A stretch of DNA of 64,000 bases, taken from Trichoplax adhaerens. Taxonomy: Eukaryota > Animalia > Placozoa. A model generated the notes under the pieces. That model saw only the letters and a program-made list of their open reading frames with translations. It was not told the DNA's origin and did not search any database. The first letter of the stretch is position 1; every line of letters starts with the position of its first letter. The translations under genes were made by a program, and so were the position numbers. This document shows, one piece after another, positions 14,201 to 28,338 of this stretch. The DNA lies in the NCBI RefSeq assembly GCF_000150275.1, contig NW_002060944.1:685614-749613 (forward strand), given 5' to 3'.

Positions 14201-15999
14201 TTATGATAATGCAACAGGAAATGGTATTTGATCTTAACGTTTAGACTGAAAGTACAAACTAGTGACTTTGAGCCGGCTAGAACTCTGGCATCGACTGGCA
14301 AACTGTGAACTAATATCGTCATATTTCATACAGCGCAAGCTAGCGTCTTTTACAGCAGAAGTTGTACCACATCATAGCTTAATCTTCTGCAACATGTGCA
14401 GGTTTGTTCCCTGGTGATAACACTAGGATGACAGTACGTAATCGCAGCTGGTAGTCAGCAATTCCGGGTACTTCTCAGCATGATGTGCTCATCAAGAGAA
14501 ATTCAAATTGAAAATAAATAAATAGCCTGAATAGCGTAATTTAAATTTGATTCGACAGTAGGAAAATTGAACAATCGTATTACAAGATTATTAGACGCTA
14601 GACTGCAAATTTAGCAAGGGTATCAGGGCAGGGGTAGTCTGGCCGTCGGTGACAATGAAAGGATGATTCCCAGTATCATAACTTTGGAATGAATAATTCA
14701 TGAATCCCATCGACGGGAATCCATACAGCTAAAAGAATGAACCGATCCAGCAATCATCCACGTTATTCATCTCCATACATGAGATGATCAATCCTCATAC
14801 CTAGAGTTTCTCCACCTTCTTAACAGCCATCTTAACAGCCATCTTACAGGATTAAAACCTTATGCTAACTGTTTAGTTATGTCAATTGTACAGTCTAATA
14901 TTGAATTTAGTTCGCTGCGATGAAACAATATTTGCACCAAGTGGCGGCTTCCTTCACTTTTCTGCTACATTTAATGAATTTGAAAAAAATAAATAAAAAA
15001 GTTTGCTCATGTGCTGACAGCGCCCTCAATGGGGCGGACCCACAGCCCCCACACTGAGTGTAGTTGAGCCATTCCGATACTGGATTAGTTAGCAAAGCTA
15101 CGGGCAGACACTTCATGGTTATGAGGCAGCAAATTAACATTACACTATCAACGTATGAGCGATCTCACTGATTCTATACAGTGCCCTGTAATGTCTAGAC
15201 AGTCATTCATCCATTCAAAAAAAAAAAATTTTTTTTCTTTTCTGACGCAATCCATCGAGCGCCATGCTATCAAGCAGCGATGGCCCGAAAATAACAATTC
15301 TAGGCAGTATGATGCAAATTTGTCCATTTATTAATTACTATTCTAAGCAGGACTGAAGTTGAGAGACCGCTACAGTACCTAGGATGATGAGATGAGGCGA
15401 AAAAAGTCTGATTTCATCATTTTTAACGAGAGGACATAAACTGGATTAAACTTTCAGAGTTCAATCAACATCATCTTTGTGTCATTTGAACACGTAATGA
15501 CCTAGAAAGGGCGCAATCCAACGCGATAATAGTAGAATGGACTAGAGGCAAGACTAGATTAGACTAGTACTTCTAGAAGGACATGAATTGCAACATTCGA
15601 TATTTTGCCTAGTCTTGATTGGCTTAACGACACTGTTGGCATGGCAGCTCCATCTCACGGTATTTTCAATTATGCTAATGCCAGCCCAAACCGGTTTATA
15701 TCTTGTTTTTTGTTTCAAAAGGGGTGGGGTTAGCAATGACGTTGAATTCTTCCTATTGTTATTATCGCACAATTTGGAGGTGTGCCCGCTATACAATAGC
15801 CACACTGTGTCACTATCTAATTCGAGACAATAGAGGTTTAGATAAAAAAAAAATTTTGAATCGTTTACTTTAAAAAGACTCGACGCTAGACCCAATTAAT
15901 TCATTCGCATTACCCGTGGTCATCCATTTCGTTATCAGCTGGCCAATTTTTCCCGATCATTCCTTTTGCACAGAAAGTCGCAAGAAATTCTACCTGACC

Positions 16000-18900
16000 A
16001 TGGGAATGAATAAGAAGAAAATATCCAAATGGTATGATGGCGGTATTGCTGGCTCGATTGCAGTCTGTTTCACTCATCCATTGGACTTAATTAAGGTATG
16101 AAGATGAAGGAAATGCATTTCATAAAGAGTCAAAGTTCTCTATTGGGCTGATAAAAAAATGTTCAAAGTTCTCTATGTCTGCTATCGTCATGTAGTCTTT
16201 CATCAGCATGATTTCATCCTCTTTTGTACGGTACTGTATATACGAGAACTTGATCCAATTTCTCCCCTTAGTTTTGAATTCTACAGGAAACCGATACAAT
16301 AAATACAAGCAGAAGTGATTGAAAAGATTCTCTAGGATAGTTACATCGTAGTAGGCTAACATAGAAGAGCATGTCAGAGTGATTGACTTCGATGTAAGGT
16401 AGTACTTACCACGAAAATAGCATCAAAGCCAATACTGTCTAATATGAATGAATTTTTTCTCCTTTGCTATAACCTAATTTTGTTCTCTCATCATCCAGAA
16501 TACCTGAAATCACTGTACTGTAAATCAAAACTATAGGTTATAAATACATGCGTGAATAGAATAATCTCTCAATGACCATCATATTAATTTTTCAGCAATT
16601 TCATAATCACTGATCAAATGATTACAGGAAATTACAACCAAAACGACAGCACATTATGACTGAATTAATTTAATACTAGTTATCACATTGCACTTTTCTT
16701 GTAGTTATTTTTTGAATCTATAGTTTAAATTATCAATTGACCAGCTAGAAACGATGGAGACTATTAAGAGTATAATCCTTAAACAGTTCAAAATTTTTAA
16801 AAATTCACTTTTTCCATCCCTCTTCTAATCATTCTCAACATAAATTAAACCTATTAACAGGAGTTTAATGTTCAGTCTATGAAGGAATTGGTTTTATCAA
16901 CCTGAAAATATCCCTCGCTTTACTTACTGTATTATATATACAGTAGTAATCATGCAAGAAAACTGCCTAAATCGCCCTTAACAGAATAACATTAATCCTT
17001 ATAATAGGTCCATCTACAAACACAAGAATCTGTCGCTACTGGAGCAAGCAACATGGCAATCTCAATTGTCAAGACACAAGGCTCGAGAGCTTTGTACAAC
17101 GGTTTAACGGCATCCATTGCTCGTCAAGTAAGTTCAATTTGTGTTCCATTTAAGAAACTTTAAACTTTGATCGGATACAACAAAATGATCACAGAAAGTC
17201 GGCAGCCCTTTGTACGATAAAGTATTTATCTAAGACAACACCTCCATCGTTACTCCTCCGCAAAATTATCATGCATTCATTAAAAAATTCATTTTTAACT
17301 TAACATGTTGACTTTGCACCGATTAGAGAAGTAAGTTGGAAAGTTCACCGAGATCTTAGTATCTTGTAATGTAATGAATTTTGATTTTATCATATTACGT
17401 ACAGTTGAAAGTATTCTACCAATGTTATCTTTCACATATACTACATTGTGTTTGTAGCTACAAGGCGCGGTATAGATGCTATGGTAATTATCGTGTTAAA
17501 TTATTATTATTTCACGCCAATATCTAGATTCGCTTAGTCATCAATTGATTACATACTAGTAGAAGCATACACTTGAACGAAAATTTAAAAAATGCCGCTG
17601 CTAATTCTTTTACAGTAATCGGCAATGACCTAAAATTGTTAATGTTGAATAAATTTCACTTCCTAATCAATTGATAACCTGCGAATCTCTTTTGATATGA
17701 ATATTCATTTCAAATGTTCTTCTAAAATCGGCATAGTTATCCTACACAACAACTCGATTTGGCGTATTCGAAGCTTTGAAAAAACGCATTCAAAAATCAC
17801 CCGATGAACCGATAAGTTTCACTCAGAAAATGTTACTTGGAGCCGCTGGAGGTGAGATCATAATGATTGAAAAAAAATCAGTTTTACTTAGTGCTACATT
17901 CTAATTTCAATTCTATCCCTGAATGAAAGAAAATTCTAGTAATTTACAGCTAGGCGATCAATTATTTAAGATGATAAATGAACATAGTAAATAAACTACC
18001 ACGAGTAGTGGTAGCAGAATGAAGAAAATAGGAATGAATGACATTGCCCCTTAAAATAGCAGACTGCACCAAACAAATTTTAGTCATTTAAATTTACTAG
18101 CGATGCAATCCTTTAAAGTTAGGTAAAAATGATGGGATGAAATTAGCGTCATCATTTCTAGCACGCGCTATCTCAATTTAATTGCTATTAGTCAACAGCT
18201 GCTGGATTATAGCAAATAATGGATACGATTATTTTTTTTAATTTATTCGATAATAATCGTGAAAGAAAGGAAATTCATGCAGCCATTCAGTTTAAACATC
18301 TTTTCTTGTACTTTTATTTATTCAACTCTTTGTTTCATTTCCGTACTAGGTACTATTGGTGGCATTGTTGGTAATCCACCAGATTTAATCAACGTTAGGT
18401 AAGCTGAAATAAATGTTTTTCACTTTTACTTATCTTATTATACATCGATGTATCGGAATGATTTAAACTAGTTCTTTTCGTTTTTCTTTTTATGTTTAAG
18501 ATTTTTATTTTCTATAACGCTGTTGGTAATAACTGATTTGTCTGCCCCTCTCGTTATTATTGTTTAAGAATCACTTTTATTCTATTCACGTCACATTTTG
18601 ATTGATTGCTTATCTATACTGATCTGTACATAGCTGTAAACCTCTTCCGTCGTAGAAAAGTAAATCGCCTTATTCCAATTAGTAAAGTAAACGATATCAA
18701 ACAAATTGATTAACATGGCTATTAATTACATTCAATGGCGATGGGTGTTACAGTGGTCTACAACATGTCAATCAGAAGAAATAGTTTACGCTACCATTTC
18801 CGATATGATTATTCCCCGCGTTGAAAACATTATTTAATAGTAGCACTTTTGCCAGTATACAGTACATGATCATCTTATAGGAATCAATTAAGTTTATTTA

Positions 18901-21657
18901 AAACGATAAGGAAATGCAGTGTACTGATATATTGCAGCGCGGTAATGTTACCCATTTCTATATCAACGAATTCTTTTTATTCATGGAGGTGAAATTTTGA
19001 ATGGCTTTAGTTATATGAAACGAAATGATGTGAATAGAAACATAGTTTAATTTACTGGTTGTTGCGTCATGGTTACTCCGCGTTGATTTATCGTTTTCAA
19101 TAGTTAGTCATGGTAAAATCATCCAAGTGTCTATAGTAGATGACAGCAATTGGTACGAGTGATGTACTCTTGACAGCCTCGTTTTAAATTCAACGATTCT
19201 GTATTAGGGCCCATACGTTTTCAGTCTACACAATAAATAATAAAATCCTATTTCCTCCCTATTAATTAGCTTAGCTCGAGAGAATAGTATCGAAACGCAT
19301 TAACACACGCAATAGTAACAAGTTGCCGTAGGTTATTGTTGAATGAATTCATGATAGATCCGAAAGGACAGCGCCCATCATCCATCTTTGAACATCAATT
19401 ATGATGATTATGATGCAAATAAGATTATTATAGTTGGTAAATACTGTTGAAAGTTTTTTTTCGCCTCTCTCTGTCAGTCTTTCCATCAAAAATTCACCAG
19501 TTTTAACCATCCCTATTGTGTAGCTTACGATATTACAACGATTTCTAACTTCGCTGCGTATAAAGAATAGCCGAATTTGAATGTAATTTAATTCCTTGGT
19601 TTCTTGATTGATTTCTATTAGAATGCAAAATGATGTTAAACTGCCTGTTGATCAAAGAAGAAAGTAAGTAGATTAACCTCGATCGACATATTACTAATCA
19701 TTTTGTAATGATTATCGACAGCAGATAGTAGTACATTAAATATGAATAACTTATTAATTTTTGTCCTAGTTACGAGAAATCATTGTTATCATTTATTGGA
19801 TTTGCTATACGATAATTTTAGTATTTTAAAAAAAATTCACATAAACTCTATCCTTACTCATTGACGTTTTCAGAAATTGTCGTTGTTCTATTTACAGGCG
19901 TACTATATATCTTACAAGTACTAGTATAGCAACGTTGATTCTTTTTAATGGGTGATTATTACGCAATCGAGTCTAATACCAATAGAAAATAGGAAATAGG
20001 AAATGACATTTTCAGTAGTAATAATATGTAGTAAGCATATAACTCCTACAGTTTTGCGTCAGTGAGAAAGACTGTTATGATAAATATTGCGCAATCAACT
20101 TAAAATTAATAAGTATATGGGCATTCTAGTGTTGGAAGCGATGATGCATGGCAAAACATATCATTCGTAACTTATTTGAAAAGAATTCACACGAGTAGGA
20201 TATAGATGTCTATTTTTAAATATTTGGCGTCGGGATGTATATTTACATACAAGAATAAATTCTAAATCAATATAAACTGCTGTTGTAGTAATTATTGCAC
20301 AATCCATCCTCAATATAATTCATGTATACAATTCCTAATAAGGACGTAAAGATGGTTTTCCTTATTTACATCTTAATGCCTGCTTGTTAATGTTACCTTT
20401 TTATATCTTTTGAACATCATAGCTACAAAAATTTCTTCGATGGTATGAAAAGAATCACCGCGGAAGGTAATTAATAATCCTAATTGATAGCTTATAGTGA
20501 ATAGTAATGCCAACAGAAAATGAACAATAATATTAATACTATGCTAAAATAAGCTAAGTTAAACTTTTCATTAATATATTTAGCTTGTATAATTGTATAG
20601 TGATTGATTCCGCTATTAATATAGCTAAATTGTTGTGTTGGTAAAGTTCATCAACTAAAATAGATTTATTGTTGTTGATATTCAATCCTATTAGAGGGTG
20701 CCCTAACTTTATTCAATGGAGTCTCAATGACAATTATGCGTTCAGTTTTGATGACGGTAGCACAAGCCGCTGTTTATTATCAATCTAAGGAGAATTTAAT
20801 CGGCACTGGGTAGGTTAACTACCAAGGATATGAGATACGGAACAATAATTGATTCTAATAATAAGATAACAGTCATTGAAATTGTATCTGTCTATTCGAT
20901 ATATAAATAAACTAAAGCATTTTTTGTCGCGATGAGCAACTGCTGTAATACTTTATCTCCGCACTGTTATAATACTCTAATGTTCATCCTATTTTAATAT
21001 TGTAGCTATTTTAAGGACAATCTCATTACCCACTTTACGGCCAGTTTTATCTCGGTAAGCGATTTGGATGTTTTATGTCGATTGTTACCTACAGAATCTC
21101 CTATAATTAATCATCCGTGTTGTTTAACTGGAATAGGGAACTGTTGCTACTGCAGCCACACAACCTTTTGATGTCTTAAAGACAAGATTACAAAACGCTG
21201 AACATGGGCAATATAAGGTACTAACGGATATCTCGTATACGACTATGGTTTGTTACTAACATTCATGGATATGATGATTAGAATTTAAAATTATTTTCGC
21301 ATCTACTTGATATAGAATTTCTTAGATTGTGCAGTTAAAACAGCGAAATTGGGCCCTAAAGCTTTCTATAAGGTATATTGTAATAGTAGTGTCATAATTT
21401 TCTTAAAACAAGGGGCTACTGTCTTGATTGCATGAGCGATTTTTAATTGCTTTGTATATTCTCTTATGGCATAATAACAACATGAAATCAATCCTATTTT
21501 AATGATTAAGGATAATTGTCAGTTGTTAAGAGACTACTGATTTCGTTCACAGGGCTATATACCAGCTTGGACAAGAATTGGACCTCATACCATTCTGTTA
21601 TTTGTCTTTATTGAACAAATTCAGAAGATAAATTATTACGTTTATACTAAAAGCTAA
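16000..21657 (+). CDS. SLC25A10: Mitochondrial dicarboxylate carrier paralog, copy B, 11 exons
   Basis: Same exon layout as copy A: about 16000-16095, 17008-17127, 17737-17851, 18350-18398, 19622-19663, 20423-20466, 20695-20809, 21006-21054, 21137-21217, 21316-21372 and 21553-21657. Motifs HPLDLIKVHLQT, NPPDLINVRMQND, QPFDVLKTRLQN; frame intact. Confidence 0.93.
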
Positions 21658-22540
21658 TGGAATGATAAAATTTAATTCGTAAGAATCTAATTTAAATTTA
21701 AGTTAAAATCTGTCCTATTCAAATTAAGACCAAAAGTAAGATATATCATTGCGTCCTGGTTGCTATCAGATCGTGATACTGTTATTGAATTATGCCTACG
21801 GTACTATCAAAAATCAATTTCTATGGCAATAGCCACTTATATTTAAGAAATTGAATGATTTTTGCTATGGTTGACGAAATTCTTCGTAAATACAAGACTG
21901 AGATTCATTGCAGTTATAGATCACGGATAAAGATTGAATATACTATTGCATGGTAGATTTCTTCTTAAATTTTACTTTAAAAAAGTTCTAAGGAAAAATA
22001 TTTCTTTTAATATTAAATGATAAGAGATTAATTAATAAACTATCTTATGATAGTTTCGTTGAACAATTGCAACGATGAACCTACAAACTACTGTTTGAAA
22101 AGCAATATTAATCTTGTTGTGATACAAGTTGATTAATTTCAATGGTTTAATTGAAGCATTGTTCGCAAAGATGGAACAGTAACGCTTAAACACTTTACCA
22201 TTTCAGTATACAGACGTATATTGAACACTTACGATAACATAAAATGTTTATATATTGCCGTTCATCCATTTTTTCCTATTTATAAAGTATAGCTTCTATA
22301 ATACTCCTAAATGCTATTTCATTATATAAGAATTTGATGATAAAATATAGCAAGTATTAATTCTATCATTTACTATTTTTGGTACTGATCAATTTAACGT
22401 TCTTATATTGTATGGCAATAATTTATTGAAGGATAAAATGTGATTCAAAAATATTTAGGTGTCAATGAATGTTATGAGTGCAAGTGATACTTTATTATTA
22501 TGGAAGTTTTCTAGAGTTAGCATGTTTACTACCACGGTGG

Positions 22541-25500
22541 CTAACGAGAGCAGTCGTCCTCTTTGCGTATACAATCAGTCATGTACGGTATCTTTAAGTA
22601 TTGGTTAAAATATTGCTTCTGAATTTTACTGTTAACAGTCCATGTCATTACGCTGATACCTCGAGAATTCCAGTAATGCAATTCTTCGCTGTTCGATTCG
22701 AAAGGATAGATATTGATTAATTAGTTACATCTTCAAATAGGTTCAATGTTGGTATCAAGCTCTAGCAATATTGTCATGATTAATTTATTTTTAATGTAAC
22801 GTGAATATATTAAAATTGAGTCCTTGTAGGTAAGAAATTGACCAAACAATATCTTTAAAATCATCTAACCCAAACTGGGCCTTGTCCTACTGTCACTTAC
22901 CTAGAGATTATATCTTTATGTATTGACACTATCGATGATCCTGTCATTGGAACAGCCCAGCTATAAAAGCTCCAATAAATAAAAGTGTCTAGTAGAGTAG
23001 CTAGTTTGATAATCGTAGCCGATCGATTGCGTCGTTGTAAGAAATCAGTTACGAAATAACTGAAATAAATAATGCCTCCAATGATTCGTGGATTTCTACG
23101 GCGTACCTAAAGATTTAATTTATAGAGAAGTTTTAATACCTTTCATTCAAAATTTTAGGAATACGTTTTGAGCTTACCTTGTAGACTACTAACGGATTAA
23201 ATGAAGTAACAATCGCTTCTTTATATAAGTTATACTTTTCGAAGAGTGGAATCAATGCGTCAGCAGTCTACAAATCAAATATATGTAAATTATAACCCAA
23301 GTTAATAACAAGTTCAGTAACTTGAATACTGCAGGAGTAGTAAGAATGCAACGATTGGAACAAACGAATAGAATCTTTAAGCATCTTAGGCTAATATTGT
23401 CTACAGCCTTCAATACGCACATATTAGAACAGCATAAAGTCTTAAAGGCATACCTATCGTATTTTGCATAATATGCTAGCTATCGGCAACTTGACATTAC
23501 CATTACATTTTAATTTCAGTATAAAGACAGCATTATAATCTACACTTAGGCAAAATATCATTTTTACCTTCGTCGCTTCTCCTTTGACATCAACGATAAC
23601 TTTAAGTTTTAATCTTTTAGCTTCTTTCAGAGCTTCTTCAATTGTTGGTATCTTTACTTCATCAAATCGATTTCTGTAATTATGGACACATAGAACATAT
23701 TAGCCATGATTTAATATAATATCTGTTGTTTATCGATATCATTTGGCTAAAATTTTACGCGGGCATGTTGCAAATACTCCACTACATGATTTCTGAATGA
23801 AACGAGTTATTATTCTGAAATAATTTGTTTGCTTTTTGTAACTGGTTAATTTAGACCACAACCATTTCAACATAGATTTTCGTACATTTGGCAGAGTAGT
23901 TTGAGAGAAGTAGACGAAAAATCAACATTGAAGTGGTTAGATCATTGAACTATTAACTATTAACATATCATATGCTTATACAGTAATATATGCCATTCAT
24001 GCGTTAAGCAAAGGTAAGCTAATGAGCTAATAAAATTGTACGATAAACTGAATACAGCAAGATCAGCGAAAGTATCATTTACTTGTTGAGTAAAGTTTAA
24101 TTGGCTAGGTAGAAGGAAACTATTGCACGGTGATATCGATATAAAATTGTAGAGTTGGCCTCAATCGATCCTTTACGTATCATTGTCAACACTTGGACCT
24201 ACTTTAATCGTTCATTCACTGTCACATTTAACGCTTTTAGTTGCTTTAATGTCAATTGATCTACATCGACATTGGGGCCATTTGTAGTCCGACCAAGTGA
24301 AGGATCATGCATTAAGACACCAGCATCATCTTTACTGAAAGCTAGGTCAATTTCTATCCCTGCGGCTCCATTTTTTTTAGCCATCCTAATGGCTTCCAAG
24401 CTGTTCTCAGGAGCATCATAACCGCCAGCACGATGACCTACAATGTCTACAACAAACGTTAAAAATACAGCAATATGAGCAAGAACGTTGTGATATTGAA
24501 AGACTTCTTTCGTCTTAGTTTAGATAATGCTATTCCTTTGAATGCTGATGGCTCATTCATTTTGTAGTACTCTTATAGTATTGGTAAAAGAGGTTGAAAT
24601 TGCAGTTCGAAATGATCTATTAATCTAGTGCCTTTATGTACTTTATGACATGGAAGCGAATCGAATGTGTTTTTTAAGTATTTTCTTAGGCATAAGCAAA
24701 AGTCTTAAAAAGTATTGTCTATTTTTCAGTATTACAAAATTAGATATTATAGCACAATATTTGTAGTACGTTTGTAGTAGAATATTGGATATTAATATAG
24801 GAATACTCTGTTATGTTGATACGTGATATATACTGTATATCGTTTAAAGAAATGCATTTTTGAGCATGGAGTCTAGCTGTTGTGTCCATATGATACTAAC
24901 ACTGAAAGGCATTTCTGTGCTTGCTACTTTAAAGTCCCATTGCGGTCACCTGCGTGGCAATAACTATATGGTGGATCAAATAATCCTTTCATTTCTTAGC
25001 GTAAATGAATTTTCTCATGGATGGTGCTGCTACAGTGTTGGCCGATTTAAATTGTAGCTATACGTAATGGCTGATGAGCATCAACGAATGATAAGCCACA
25101 CAATTCATCCTATTACAGGTTGGAAAAAAGCCTAATGATGCAGTACGTCGATGGACAATTAGCGGTGCTAGCTAGAAAGTGATTAAAATAAAATGAATCG
25201 TAACTGATGGGAAGTTATGTATGGAGAATGATAGTGATGAAAAATAAATGGCAAATGGTGGGAAATTATAACTATATTTGGAGAATGCTAAATAGCCACA
25301 CAATTCGTCATATTATAGATCGAAAAGCCTAGCGATACAGTAGATCGACAATCAATGGTGCTGACTAGATAGTGATGAAAAATAAATAGCAACTGGTGGG
25401 AAGTTATATATGGAGAATGCTAAATAACCAAGCAATTCGTCATATTATAGATCGAAAAGCCTAGCGATACAGAAAATCGACAATCAACGGTGCTGACTAG

Positions 25501-26485
25501 ATAGCGATGAAAAATAAATGGTAACTGGTGGGAAGTTATGTATGGAGAATGCTAAATAGTCACACCATTCCGTCATATTACAGATTGAAAAAGCCTTGCG
25601 ATGCAGTCGATGGACAATCAACGGTGCTGACTAGAAAGTGATGAAAAAATAAATGAAGGAACAGTGCTGGTCACTAGTGGGAGGTTTTCTATTGTGAATG
25701 CTAAATAGATGAAGGAGGTTACAGGAGGTGGATGTTTACAAATTTGAAGATGCTTTAATTACAAAGATGGAGAAGGTGAGAACAGTAAACGTTATTCCTG
25801 CTTACGTACACGTACGTGTTGTTTATTTGACGAGCAAGAATATGAACAAGGAACTATTTTAGAACTTGGTGATGATCATAACGATCATTGGAAGCTTCGT
25901 AAACGTCGATAGTATACAGTTAGTAACAGTGATTTTAAATACCGTGTTGGGAAGATCCGTAGATCATTTAAAACGTCGGACTGATGATGTATTCAGTAGA
26001 ATGAACAAGTCAAGTGTGCAGTGGATTGTGGCTACAAATTGCAATAGTTTAGTAAATTATTTTAGCATGCCTGTAGTCGAAATGACTCAAGAGTGGTGAC
26101 TAGCAATAAATTATGGATGACTACTGTGCAAGCTTCGAGAGTAACGAAGGGCTTCTCGATGGAAGGAGAGTGTTGAGTAAGTTGAATGACTGAAGATGAC
26201 AATGTTGATCGGGGATAATTTGTTCAATATCAAGGTACGAGTATAAAACTGTCTTACGAAAAAGAATTGGATAGAGCTAGTTAGCGCGGCCATGACCGTT
26301 AGCCTCTACTGCAAGAATAAAACATTTTATGTCGACCATTTTTCTATGCCTAGCTGACCTAAATCTTGGAGGAAATCATCGGTTGCCTGTCGAGGGGTCG
26401 CCGGTAGCTTGATTTGGTAGATCAAACATGCAATGACAGCAGCAGATGTAGCAAGAATCAGGAAAGGATTGGTATACAATGCCAT
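22541..26485 (-). CDS. GDE1: Glycerophosphodiester phosphodiesterase 1-like (N-terminal membrane anchor plus GDPD domain), 6 exons
   Basis: Exon 1 (26485-26359) is hydrophobic: MALYTNPFLILATSAAVIACLIYQIKLP. Exon 2 has the GDPD catalytic motifs VGHRAGGYDAPENSL, IEID and LMHD. Later exons give KIPTIEEAL, IVDVK, TSFNPLVVYK and WTVN...YMTD; stop TAG at 22543-22541. Confidence 0.9.
25090..25710. repeat. Minisatellite, about 4.5 copies of 132 bp, in GDE1 intron 1
   Basis: Unit tagccacacaattcgtcatatt..aaaagcc..ggtgctgactaga..gtgatgaaaaataaat..gggaagttat..ggagaatgctaaa at about 25093, 25293, 25425 and 25557. Confidence 0.92.
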
Positions 26486-28338
26486 GATGGCTGGAAATTT
26501 GTTATTAGGATAAGGGTTGATAGGATGATGATGGCTTAACTTCTACTACTCCTACTGTTCGTTAGACATGACCGAATTGGAGTGGTTTACTCTTGAGAAG
26601 TAAACAAAAGTTGCAAAGCCTTTTCTACCTCTAGGCTCAATTGATTACAAGCTCATGCTATCGACCAGTATAGAGCTGCAGTAGGTAGGAAGCAGTAGGG
26701 TAGAAATGGTGCTAGAATCGATTGTAGTCATGCAGTAGTCCAGCAGTCATTATCGTCAGCAGATGGCCAGATGCGGTACTGTCAGACTGGTAGTCAGTGG
26801 TCTAGTGTATATTAACTTAAAGAGTTATCCACTGTGTCCGATGGAGTAAAATTGTTTAAAATCTCCTCCCCTCTCTGTGTCCATTGACCTCCTTAATCAA
26901 CCTGTAGCCTATGACCGCTCTATGCATAGAATATCTATCCATATGACCGCTCTATCCATAGAATGGATGTTTTTAAATCAGCAGCCTCGTTTCTTATTTT
27001 GCCATTGCAAATCGGGCTACATGGACATATTTGTAGAAATAGGATTAGACATTGTTTGTATATAGAATATAGATGATCAGAGCTCATCTCGATGCAGACA
27101 AGAGTCGTTAAGCATAAGTACGTGTCGTTTATACTACTATATAGTCGTAGTACATAGTCTTATTTTAGATGGCACTTTCATAAGTAAATGCATGTTTGTC
27201 AACATTGGCATCGAGCCTTGTTCCAACGGTGTTTGCAAGTCACTAGCATAGTCGATGCTTAAGATCTACTGTTACTAGGAACTGACGACGTTGCCTAGAG
27301 CTTGTCTACAGGTGCTACCAAGGGCCCTTGTACACGAGTAGTGTAGACGAACTCGGTAGTGCCATCCCACTATCCATCATCATATACTATTACAGCTCAA
27401 ATTGCTAACCTGCTTGTTGAATGAACAAGAGATGGTACAACACGAAGAAGAACGAACGACAACCTGACATTAGGTAAGCGATCACGGTGGAGAAGCCTGA
27501 GAAATCATCCAGGCAGTCGTTCATTGGATGCATATTCAGTCAATAAACTGCAGTCCTACAGTAGATGGACAATAAAGGGATTGGCTGTATACTAGGACTA
27601 TCTATGACAATGACACAACATCCATTGGAATGGGAGACTTTTTCAATGGCTTTCTTCCCGGAAGGGAATGCCAACGCCATGAACCAACACTGTCCTATGA
27701 TCGAGTTGAATTGGAATAGTCCGTATCTACACTCATTGTCTGTATCCCATCGAGGTAAGAGAAGAGCTATTTCTCTTACCTCTATAGTATAGAGGCAATG
27801 AAGGCAATTTTATCGATCAAATGCTTGATGATTGAAAATGCAGAAATTTGGATATCCACTGCAAGGTTGTTATGGCAGCTTTGCCTACACCAAGTCTGCC
27901 GGCGGCGATGAGCAAGACCCCACCCACGTCGGGTGTTGGAGCAGGGCACACCCTTGTGGTGAGTTAGTACTGTACACAGTCACTATAGAGAGGATCTGCC
28001 AGGCACCCGCCTGCACTAAAACCCTGCCAGTCGGTGTTGCCTTGCCGATCCCCTCTGACGATTCTAGTAACCTCGACACTCGACAGTACTGTAGTCAATG
28101 GATAGAAATAGAGTCCAATTGAATGATAGGCAAACTACTTTACTTGCAAGCTCTTACTTGTTTGACAGCCACCGTAGAGTTTTCACGACCAACCCGCAAC
28201 TCATAAAGAATTTCTATACTGTCCTCTACAAATAATACCACCGTTGAGTGTACAGTGTACAGTGTACAGTACGGTCAATATTCCTCTTGGAAAGTACCGT
28301 AGCTGGAGGGTTGGGGTTGGGGCCCGCATTCAACCAAT

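Noticed and set aside
25230-25650. GTGATGA and CTGA in each 132-bp unit as a C/D snoRNA cluster
   Set aside because: Antisense to the host GDE1 intron, terminal stems would overlap between units, and no rRNA guide was recognised.
27830-28125. GC-rich patch with overlapping short ORFs or a possible structured RNA
   Set aside because: No match to recalled snRNA, SRP or RNase P motifs and no protein similarity; likely promoter-region composition.
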